Positions 1 through 6,746 of a stretch of DNA of 22,815 nt are shown here, in pieces. The position numbers and the translations under genes are program-made. The notes beneath the pieces are model-generated. The model had not been told where the DNA came from. It searched no databases and saw only the letters and a program-made list of their open reading frames with translations. Position 1 is the stretch's first letter. Every line of letters begins with the position of its first letter. Origin of the DNA: an uncultured virus (IMG/VR IMGVR_UViG_2061766007_002057). Lineage: Duplodnaviria > Heunggongvirae > Uroviricota > Caudoviricetes. The stretch lies in IMG/VR virus record IMGVR_UViG_2061766007_002057; one strand, given 5' to 3'.

Positions 1-16
1 AATACACACAAACCAG

Positions 17-56
17 AAGCGGGAGACTGTGGGTTCAAGTCCCACTCGTAGCTCCA
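17..56 (+). tRNA. 3' exon of intron-split tRNA-Thr(UGU); the preceding nt 1-16 (ending in G16) are probably the 3' end of a group I intron
   Basis: AA-GCGGG-AGACT-GTGGG TTCAAGT CCCAC-TCGTAGC-T-CCA. Acceptor strand TCGTAGC pairs perfectly with GCTACGA at 5044-5050, and GCGGG pairs with CCCGC at 5071-5075. Confidence 0.85.
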
Positions 57-61
57 TTTTA

Positions 62-112
62 AGTGGCATACTAACATAACCCAATTATCCTTCCTACAAA
101 TAGTGTGCCACT
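62..112 (+). ncRNA. Isolated 12-bp hairpin with a 27-nt G-free loop between two tRNAs; possible small RNA
   Basis: AGTGGCATACTA (62-73) pairs with TAGTGTGCCACT (101-112), one G-U; loop ACATAACCCAATTATCCTTCCTACAAA. Confidence 0.4.
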
Positions 113-129
113 CAGAATGGGAATTTTAC

Positions 130-210
130 AGCGGGTGGGTGGTGGTTGGGACAAGTAAATCACGCCTGGTTTATAATCAGGAGAACTACGTTCGACACGT
201 AGACCCGCTA
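130..210 (+). tRNA. Atypical tRNA with UAU anticodon (Ile-AUA type) and enlarged D-arm
   Basis: Acceptor AGCGGGT/ACCCGCT; D-stem GTGGT/ATCAC with 15-nt loop; anticodon arm CCTGG-TT TAT AA-TCAGG; T-arm CTACG-TTCGACA-CGTAG; no encoded CCA. Confidence 0.7.
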
Positions 211-230
211 TTTTATTACAAGGAGTTGAT

Positions 231-482
231 ATGGCTAACGAAGCATGGTATGTAAAATTGTGGAACGCAGTAAAAGCTGTATTTGAAGCGGTCGTTAATT
301 TCTTTGTGTGTTTAGTAAAGAAATTCTTCTCGATCTTCAACTCATGGCATAAACTCGCCACAATCGCATTAGCAGTGTTTACGTGGGACTGGTTAAACTT
401 ATCCGTTGCTGATAAAATCGGTACGTTTATCTTGTTCAGTGTATTAGCATTGTTGGTGTACGATATTGCAAAAGATAAATAA
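231..482 (+). CDS. Small membrane protein with two predicted hydrophobic segments
   Basis: 83-aa ORF with SD AAGGAG upstream; hydrophobic stretches LATIALAVFTW and IGTFILFSVLALLVY. Confidence 0.75.
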   Translation: MANEAWYVKLWNAVKAVFEAVVNFFVCLVKKFFSIFNSWHKLATIALAVFTWDWLNLSVADKIGTFILFSVLALLVYDIAKDK

Positions 483-486
483 ACAC

Positions 487-515
487 TTGACACTTATTTA
501 ATTTTGTAGTATAAT
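487..515 (+). promoter_or_regulatory. Consensus sigma70-type promoter
   Basis: TTGACA (487-492), 17-nt spacer, TATAAT (510-515). Confidence 0.85.
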
Positions 516-540
516 TTGTTTGTTGTTATTGTGTTGTTTT

Positions 541-602
541 GGGGAGACGCTAAACGACGTACTGAACCTCCTTATAAATAAATCAGTACGGTCTCCCCTC
601 CA
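541..602 (+). ncRNA. Putative small hairpin RNA with an acceptor-stem-like end (T-CCA) and an anti-SD loop
   Basis: GGGGAGAC (541-548)/GTCTCCCC (591-598) followed by TCCA; inner stem CGTACTGA (558-565)/TCAGTACG (583-590); loop ACCTCCTTATAAATAAA; directly downstream of a consensus promoter. Confidence 0.55.
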
Positions 603-609
603 GATTTGA

Positions 610-845
610 CAATTTGTGTGCTTAAGTGAGAGAGTGAAGACTTGTTATGGACTACTTCATCTCGGTATAGTACAGATTGACTGGATGATATATAGGACGT
701 GAGCCGACCACAAATACCATAACTAACTATATATCGTTGATTGTAGGGGCCGCGGATACTCCTGGTCAGATGTAATAAACTATACCTGTCTACATATACG
801 GGACGTATATTGGGGCCACACAATACGATTTCGCGCCGGTAGCTA
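610..845 (+). ncRNA. Putative structured non-coding RNA of unknown family
   Basis: No credible + strand ORF; nested complementary pairs TTGTGTG/CACACAA, GGTATAGT/ACTATACC, TGACTGG/CTGGTCA, GATATATAG/CTATATATC. Confidence 0.4.
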
Positions 846-859
846 AATAAGAAGGTTTT

Positions 860-1369
860 ATGGAAAGACACATTAAGTTTATTAACATTATTTTTGAGAA
901 CTGTGAGCATGTACAAGTGCCCGGTGATGCTATTTATCATTGTGAACTTGTTGCAGACAGCAGATTCATTGATACGTATGAAGAAATGGAAGAAGCACGC
1001 AGTGTGTCAATTTCCATTATACTCAATAAACTTAAGAAAGAAGATAGCGAACGTTTAAGCAAATGCGCTGACATTACGCATATTCAATTTGTGTATATTT
1101 CCGGAGAAGACAAATACGTGCAAGTACCTATACCGATATACTTTCACTACTGGTATCAAAATCCGTATCAGGACAGCCATAAGTGGTATAATGAATCACT
1201 AGGGGACATACTGGACCTTGACTTCGAAAAGTACTGGTCAATACTCAGTACGTGGCAAGCGGTGAAAGACTATGTTGGTATGTGCATGCACAACTTCCCA
1301 AACGGTATGCGAACTTTGTTTGGTGGATACTGGGCTACTTTCAAAAGACATTTCAAAAGTAGACATTGA
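860..1369 (+). CDS. Hypothetical phage protein
   Basis: 169-aa ORF preceded by AGAAGG. Confidence 0.75.
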   Translation: MERHIKFINIIFENCEHVQVPGDAIYHCELVADSRFIDTYEEMEEARSVSISIILNKLKKEDSERLSKCADITHIQFVYISGEDKYVQVPIPIYFHYWYQNPYQDSHKWYNESLGDILDLDFEKYWSILSTWQAVKDYVGMCMHNFPNGMRTLFGGYWATFKRHFKSRH

Positions 1370-1401
1370 AAGTAGACATTGGTAGTAAAAAAGTAGACAT
1401 T
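1356..1401 (+). repeat. Three exact 12-bp direct repeats AAAGTAGACATT
   Basis: Copies at 1356-1367, 1369-1380 and 1390-1401. Confidence 0.8.
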
Positions 1402-1574
1402 AATTTATTTATAAGTTATTTAGTTCTTTGAAAATTTACATGTAAACAAAATAGAACNNNNNNNNNNNNNNNNNNNNNNNNNNNNNNNNNNNNNNNNNNN
1501 NNNNNNNNNNNNNNNNNNNNNNNNNNNNNNNNNNNNNNNNNNNNNNNNNNNNNNTTCTGTGGCTCTTTGTTTAT

Positions 1575-2436
1575 ATGTACTCATGCAGATACTGTAGTAA
1601 AGAATTTGCAAAATCAAATTTGTTAGCAAGTCACGTGGTAGCAGCGCATAAAAAGCCGGAAAAGCATTACATATGTTGTAAGTATTGCGGCAAAAAACTT
1701 AATGTAAAACACCGATTAACTAGGAAGCATATTGAAGTCTGCCGAAAGAAGCATGAACCTTATATATGCAAAGTGTGTGGAAAACTTGTAACTACGTTAT
1801 ACGGTACTGGAAAATTTTGTAGTATAATATGTCGAAATACGAGAAAACATAGCGAGGCTACAAAGCAAAAACTGCGGGATGCTGTTAAACGTAATGGATT
1901 AACAGGGGCTGTGTTAATAGATAGTACAACTAAGCATTTAGAAGCTATTCGTTACTATGTAAAGCACCCGAAATTTTGTAAGATTTGTGGCGCAAGAATA
2001 AGTTATAAACGCCGTTATAGCAGTGAGACATGCGGAAGCCATGAATGTAAGTACAAAAACTGCGGTGGGTTTAGACATGAATCCAGAAAGACTAAAAGTA
2101 AGTCTGGATATTACAANNNNNNNNNNNNNNNNNNNNNNNNNNNNNNCTTTTGTTATTTTTTGCATTGATCATAACATACCTTTCTCTAGAAATGTAACTG
2201 GTTTTCAGTATTTATATAATGGAAAATATCATAAGTTTTATCCAGATTTTATTATCAATAATCGGATGTACATAGAAATAAAGGGTATGCGAGACCCTAT
2301 AAACGATGCAAAACAAAAATCAGTTCCGCACCCTATAAAGTTTCTGTATTATGCGGACTTGCAAAATTGTTTTGAATATTGTAGAGTAAAGTATAAGGCT
2401 AATAGAAATAAATTATATGTTCTTTACGATAAATAA
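1575..2436 (+). CDS. Zn-finger array plus PD-(D/E)xK nuclease, probably a free-standing homing endonuclease; frame broken by an N-gap
   Basis: N-terminal C2H2 finger (CRYC...HVVAAH) and several CxxC pairs; after the gap, KFYPDFIINNRMYIEIKG gives the PD...ExK motif. Confidence 0.75.
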
Positions 2437-2444
2437 TTTTAAGT

Positions 2445-2521
2445 GGGGCGCTAGTGTAACTGGCTAACACGCCTGTCTGTCGAACAGGAAATTACGGAAT
2501 CGTACTCCGTGCGCCCCGCCA
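2445..2521 (+). tRNA. tRNA-Asp(GUC)
   Basis: Acceptor GGGGCGC/GCGCCCC, G73 and CCA; anticodon arm CCTGT-CT GTC GA-ACAGG; T-arm ACGGA/TCCGT with non-canonical loop ATCGTAC. Confidence 0.9.
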
Positions 2522-2524
2522 GGT

Positions 2525-3325
2525 TTCACAGTAGTCCTATCTGGATGAAGTTATGTGAACGCTGGAGGGAGCCACCAGCGTTATAAAAGAGCTCCTGAGT
2601 GGCATAAAATATGACAATGGACGGAACGACTCCAGCCTAAATAAAGTTCCTGCCACTTCCCGTCTGCTACTGGTGGNNNNNNNNNNNNNNGGTTAAACTA
2701 CTCCCTGTGTAGTTTCCCCGCTACCTTAAACAAACGGGGACGTCAAACTGAGGCGTGAAGTCAGGACGGGACCCGAACGTGCCTAGAGGCTTAACCGGGT
2801 GACGTTATCTGTAAAGTCGTTAAACCAGACTGTGCCACCACGGGCAGAGATTAGTACGTGGGGAGTATGGTTAAGTTGACTGACGGGCGCAACCCGAAGA
2901 CAACACTATGCGAGGCTGATAGTACCGGCAGGGAAATTGGCCGAAACTTATAGTAAGTACCGAGCTGAAGGGAAAGCTATAAACGTAGTGCTCGCTTACC
3001 TGGGTTCTTAGCGAGTCTTTATACTCCACATGCTGTACCGGGTAAAAACTAGAATTGATTATTCTAACCCCAGGACCTAGTGGGATATATAGTACCTTCA
3101 GTGTGGCCTAATCAGCCCAAACGCGGAGCCTTATTATGCGGGATTCGCCGAAACTGAAGGGAGGGCCGACTTGCTTGGCAGGTCAGGAGCAGGGATGACC
3201 TTGTAGCCGGAGTCCTCTTAAACCCGTCCTAGGAGTACAGGTAGTGCGGTAGGTGCGACCGGAGGCGTAGTAAGCACGTAACGGTCTTGACCATGATGGT
3301 AATACCCGCTTACGCGGTAGCATCT
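2525..3325 (+). ncRNA. Large (~800 nt) ornate non-coding RNA; GOLLD-like candidate
   Basis: ORF-free, richer in GC than the flanks, immediately after a tRNA. Many helices: AACGCTGG/CCAGCGTT, GTGGCA/TGCCAC, TCCCCG/CGGGGA, CCACG/CGTGG, CTCGCT/AGCGAG, CCTTCAGT/ACTGAAGG, GACTTGC/GCAGGTC, CCGC-TTAC-GCGG. Size and phage tRNA-cluster context fit GOLLD, but the family is not verified. Confidence 0.65.
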
Positions 3326-3406
3326 CTTTTATGGAGAGTGTGTGGGTAAAGCAGGCTATATCTGGTAAATCCCACTGGTCACCTACCTCTTTAGATTTTG
3401 CGTTAT

Positions 3407-4354
3407 ATGTATACTTGTAAATATTGTGGAGCTAAATTCAGTAGGGCAACTGATATTGCTAACCATGTTCGTGGTACACACTGTGATATTCGCTGGGATA
3501 AAAAACCATGTAAAGATTGTGGTAAGCTAATTTCAGTTAACCCTGCAGCACAGCATGCACATGCTGCTGGGTGTAAAGCAAAAAAGGTTCCTTATATTTG
3601 CAAAGGGTGTGGTAAAAAAGTATTAATTTATTATGGTTCCGGTAAATATTGTTCAAAAGAATGTGCAAATAGAAGAGCTCAGACTAAAGAGTTATTATTA
3701 AAAAAGAAAAACAAAGCTATAGAGTATCTTGGATTATCTTTCTATATGGACAAGTTTTTACGATGCTTGTATAGCTTACTTAAAAAAAGAACTTGTATTG
3801 AAAATAATAAAAGTAGTACAAACACTACAAGTAATACATATACGTGCGTTGGGNNNNNNNNNNNNNNNNNNNNNNNNNNNNNNNNNNNNNNNNTGTAATA
3901 GATGCCGAGATTTGAAGTTATACACTGATTTTAAGTACGGGAATATAACAATTAGTCATGTGGTTGCAAAACGATTACTTGAAAAATATGAAGGGCATAA
4001 GTGTTCCATTTGCGGAATTTCAACCTGGAATAATAGGTATTTGCCAATGANNNNNNNNNNNNNNNNNNNNNNNNNNNNNNNNNNNNNNNNNNNNNNNNNN
4101 NNNNNNNNNNNNNNNNNNNNNNNTTTTATTTGTATGAAAAGAAATGGAATGACACACGCAGAAGCCGGTAAACTCGGTGCAATTGCGGGTAAGAATATAC
4201 ATAATTGGTTGCGTAAACAAGAAAGAATTGTTGCGTATTATAAAAACCCGTTAAGGTGCAAGTATTGTAACAGCGTNNNNNNNNNNCGCAATTGCCGACA
4301 TATAAAAGTAAGAATAGAAAAAGTGATAGAAAGAAAAGATTTTATTATAATTAG
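3407..4354 (+). CDS. Zn-finger array plus HNH endonuclease 'A', reconstructed from 3407-3853, 3894-4050 and 4287-4354; interleaved with another ORF
   Basis: C2H2 and CxxC N-terminus; KYEGHKCSICGISTWNNRYLPM is a typical pre-HNH segment; 4289-4354 reads QLPTYKSKNRK...*, a typical post-HNH tail. The HNH core would fall in the gap. Confidence 0.6.
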
Positions 4355-5009
4355 GAGAGATGGCCGAGTGGTTTAAGGCGTCAGTCTTGTTTACTCGAGT
4401 GCACTATAGAAATATAGCTGTAGAACGTTTCAAAGTCGGTGAAGCCCAGACCGGGTAATACCGAGCCAAGCCGGAAACGNNNNNNNNNNGTCGTATCACA
4501 AATTCTGCAATTCTAGTTGTGCATGTAAATACAACAATGCGTTACGTGCTTCAAAAAGAAAGTTAGTTTGTTATACAGTTGGTAATTTACCGAAGGATTA
4601 TAACAAAAAAGAGATAAAACCAATTTCAAAATGTTTATTTTGTGAGTCGGAATTGCGTCACGGGAAGAAGTATTGCTCTATCCAATGTGAGGGACACTAC
4701 AGGAAGCAAAATACGGATCAAAAAATAGAATCCGGTGAAGTTGTGTATCACAGACACCTTAGAAGGTACTTACTGGAAAAGCACAAAATATGTATGAATC
4801 CAAGCTGCTGCTGGGACTGGAGTAAAAACTGTAATGTACCACTTGAGTTACACCATTTAGATGGTAACTCAAATAATAATAATGTGCTGTCAAATGTTAT
4901 TTTACTTTGCCCTAACTGCCACGCGTTAACTGATACATATAAGGCAAAGAATGCGGGAAAGGGTCGTGCGTGGCGAAGAAAACGTTACCATGATGGTAAA
5001 AGTTATTGA
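4134..5009 (+). CDS. HNH endonuclease 'B', reconstructed from 4134-4276 and 4491-5009
   Basis: LELHHLDGNSNNNNVLSNVILLCPNCH is the HNH motif. The frame is open from 4491 (SYHKFCNSSCACKYNN), which continues naturally from YYKNPLRCKYCNS ending near 4276. Confidence 0.7.
4354..4388 (+). tRNA. 5' exon of tRNA-Ser(UGA), intron after U34
   Basis: GGAGAGA-TG-GCCGAGTGGTTTAAGGC-G-TCAGT-CT-T; joined to 5275-5326 it gives TCAGT-CT TGA AA-ACTGA and acceptor GGAGAGA/TCTCTCC. Confidence 0.88.
4389..4479 (+). mobile_element. Group I intron of tRNA-Ser, 5' part
   Basis: P1 CTT|G..CGAG puts a U-G pair at the splice site; P3 strand ACGTTTC; P4-P6 core AAAGTCGGTGAA...GGTAATACCGAGCCAAG; ends at a 10-N gap. Confidence 0.8.
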
Positions 5010-5035
5010 CAATATAAGTTCCATTTTTATATAAT
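5006..5035 (+). promoter_or_regulatory. Sigma70-type promoter upstream of tRNA-Thr
   Basis: TTGACA (5006-5011), 18-nt spacer, TATAAT (5030-5035); tRNA starts at 5044. Confidence 0.7.
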
Positions 5036-5043
5036 AGTTATAC

Positions 5044-5080
5044 GCTACGATAGCTTAATTTGGTGAAGCACCCGCCTTGT
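5044..5080 (+). tRNA. 5' exon of tRNA-Thr(UGU), intron after position 36
   Basis: GCTACGA-TA-GCTT AATTTGGTG AAGC-A-CCCGC-CT-TGT; completes a cloverleaf with 17-56. Confidence 0.85.
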
Positions 5081-5274
5081 ACAAAGTGCAACTTTATCCA
5101 GTGATGGGTATTGAAAATACTATCAAAGTCGGTGAAGCCCAGACCGGGTAATACCGAGCCAAGCCGGAAACGGAAGGTGTAGAGACTTGACGGAACGTAC
5201 CTAAACAGTACTGCTGTAGGTAAAGGTAAAGTCCAGACCACAAATAGTGTAGCGGTGGAAACCGTAGTGGTACG
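5081..5274 (+). mobile_element. Group I intron sequence, chimeric as assembled: 5' part from the Thr intron, 3' part (5173-5274) from the Ser intron
   Basis: P1 TTGT|AC-AAA-GTGCAA with a U-G pair; R element GTAGAGACT; S element AAGGTAAAGTCC; terminal G5274. The P3 3' strand GGAACGT (5192-5198) pairs with ACGTTTC (4425-4431), not with local TACTATC (5118-5124). Confidence 0.82.
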
Positions 5275-5326
5275 GAAAACTGATGTGGGGGTAACTCCAC
5301 CGTGGGTTCGAATCCCACTCTCTCCG
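5275..5326 (+). tRNA. 3' exon of tRNA-Ser(UGA)
   Basis: GA AA-ACTGA, long variable arm GTGGGG-GTAA-CTCCAC, T-arm GTGGG-TTCGAAT-CCCAC, TCTCTCC, G73. Confidence 0.88.
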
Positions 5327-5334
5327 ATTAATTT

Positions 5335-5478
5335 ATGTTAACATTGTTTATTGGTTTTGTTTGTGGTATTGCTTTCAACGTTATAGCTGACGTTATTGCA
5401 AATTTGATTACGAACAGAATATTAAGGCGTAAAAAGAAACATGGGGAATCTTTTAAGTCAAACAAGCATCGTACTTAA
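5335..5478 (+). CDS. Small single-pass membrane peptide (47 aa, below ORF-track cutoff)
   Basis: MLTLFIGFVCGIAFNVIADVIANLITNRILRRKKKHGESFKSNKHRT: hydrophobic N-terminus with a basic tail. Confidence 0.45.
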   Translation: MLTLFIGFVCGIAFNVIADVIANLITNRILRRKKKHGESFKSNKHRT

Positions 5479-5641
5479 TAGGCTTATTACAGGAGAAAAA
5501 AATAAGCCCCTATGTTATACGGCATACGACCGGAAAAGCATATGGGCTGTTATTTTTGACAGCTTTATGTTTTGGGACAAACAGCACTGTAGAAAAGTTT
5601 GGTTGAGATCAAGGATTTATGAGCGAAACAAAAAAGGATAA
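5441..5641 (+). CDS. Hypothetical protein
   Basis: 66-aa ORF overlapping its neighbours in an operon-like run. Confidence 0.55.
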   Translation: MGNLLSQTSIVLNRLITGEKNKPLCYTAYDRKSIWAVIFDSFMFWDKQHCRKVWLRSRIYERNKKG

Positions 5642-5894
5642 TAACTTTGCGGAGAAAGTGAAGAAGATTTGTTCTGATATTGCTGACCTTCTTATCAAGA
5701 AAAACAAAAGTTACGGAAACTCAGCGTTAGAGCCTATAAATTGCTTTTACAAAGGTGACGCAAGCACTGCAATTAAAGTTCGTATAGACGATAAATTGTC
5801 TAGAATCATGCGTGGTCATGAATTTCAAGGCGATGATACAATAGACGATTTAATAGGGTACTTGGTTCTTTACAAAGTAAGCAAAATGAAATGA
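5619..5894 (+). CDS. DUF1599 / nucleotide-modification-associated domain 1-like protein (all-alpha NTP pyrophosphatase fold)
   Basis: KKNKSYGNS...VRIDDKLSRI...DDTIDDLIGYLVL pattern. Confidence 0.75.
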   Translation: MSETKKDNNFAEKVKKICSDIADLLIKKNKSYGNSALEPINCFYKGDASTAIKVRIDDKLSRIMRGHEFQGDDTIDDLIGYLVLYKVSKMK

Positions 5895-5904
5895 GGCAAT
5901 ACAT

Positions 5905-6444
5905 ATGTTTTGTTTAACTCAGGCAGATAGGGAATACTACTACAAAAACAAAGAGCTTTTTACGCACATTGTGTCTATAGTTTGTCCTGACGACGATATT
6001 ACTCCACTTCATGAAAAGCACATAGTAGTAAAGTTTTGGGACGTTGACCATGCAATGACAAACAAGTTTAGACACTATAATGTTGTCGACAGCGAGACAG
6101 TACTTAATCCGTTGTGGTACGTAAAAAATTGGTATTGTCTTTCGGCGCAAGATAATGAACAAATGAATTTACTTGTACACTGCGATGCCGGTATTTCAAG
6201 AAGTTCTGCTGTTTCTCTTGGAATACTGTGTGATCTTAGCAATCTCATTTTTAGAAATGGGGATGACGTTAATATGTATTTTCGTGAGTGGATGGCTGCA
6301 CGCAAGGAGTGGTGTGTAAACCATGTGTCTGACCATAGTACAGGTCTTAAAAGATTTATTGAAGGAAGACTCAACCCAGGTGTAAAACCTAATCAGGCAG
6401 TACTAAAACATTACAGAGAACATTTATCTTATTTTCCATGGTGA
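5905..6444 (+). CDS. Cys-based (tyrosine/dual-specificity-type) phosphatase
   Basis: LLVHCDAGISRSSA = HCx5R(S); D-loop FWDVD; C-terminal PN motif. Confidence 0.85.
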   Translation: MFCLTQADREYYYKNKELFTHIVSIVCPDDDITPLHEKHIVVKFWDVDHAMTNKFRHYNVVDSETVLNPLWYVKNWYCLSAQDNEQMNLLVHCDAGISRSSAVSLGILCDLSNLIFRNGDDVNMYFREWMAARKEWCVNHVSDHSTGLKRFIEGRLNPGVKPNQAVLKHYREHLSYFPW

Positions 6445-6448
6445 TGAA

Positions 6449-6746
6449 ATGAACTATATTTTTAATTTTTTATACAGATTGTGGACTACAATATTTGGAG
6501 AGCCAAGTCAAGCAAAATTTATAGTTCAATATCAGCATATAGTTCGCGAACATTTACCATCTGATCCGAAGTATCCGGNNNNNNNNNNNNNNNNNNNNNN
6601 NNAGGAAAATGTTCGCTATAAAAGATAATCGTGGAAAAAAGTATGATGTTGACTGCTTGATTGTAAACAACAGATTTGTTATAATTGATCATAGGGACGG
6701 TAACAAACGGAAGTACATTATAAGGGAGGATACAGATGGAAGATAA
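6449..6746 (+). CDS. Hypothetical protein, frame broken by an N-gap
   Basis: MNYIFNFLYRLW...DPKYP before the gap and RKMFAIKDNRG...TDGR* after it fill the intergenic space. Confidence 0.45.

Larger units (their letters stand above)
4430..5172 (+). repeat. Exact 50-bp direct repeat (4430-4479 = 5123-5172), the shared core of two group I introns
   Basis: TCAAAGTCGGTGAAGCCCAGACCGGGTAATACCGAGCCAAGCCGGAAACG occurs twice. Confidence 0.95.

Noticed and set aside
71..940. Minus-strand ORFs 71-493 and 572-940, and the other minus-strand ORFs in the window
   Set aside because: They are antisense shadows of + strand genes or RNAs, with no recognisable motifs or RBS.
1356..1401. Possible CRISPR mini-array
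   Set aside because: Repeats are 12 bp with 1- and 9-nt spacers, far too short, and no cas genes are present.
3333..3390. GGAGAGTG... start resembling a tRNA-Ser/Leu 5' end
   Set aside because: Only a GTGGG/CCCAC hairpin forms; no anticodon arm, T-arm or matching 3' half was found.
3729..4376. 215-aa ORF in the ORF track
   Set aside because: It is a patchwork across three N-gaps that joins pieces of two different HNH genes and runs into tRNA-Ser.
5044..5326. A single intron-containing tRNA-Thr
   Set aside because: Acceptor (GCTACGA vs TCTCTCC) and anticodon stems (CCCGC vs ACTGA) do not pair, so the halves belong to different tRNAs.
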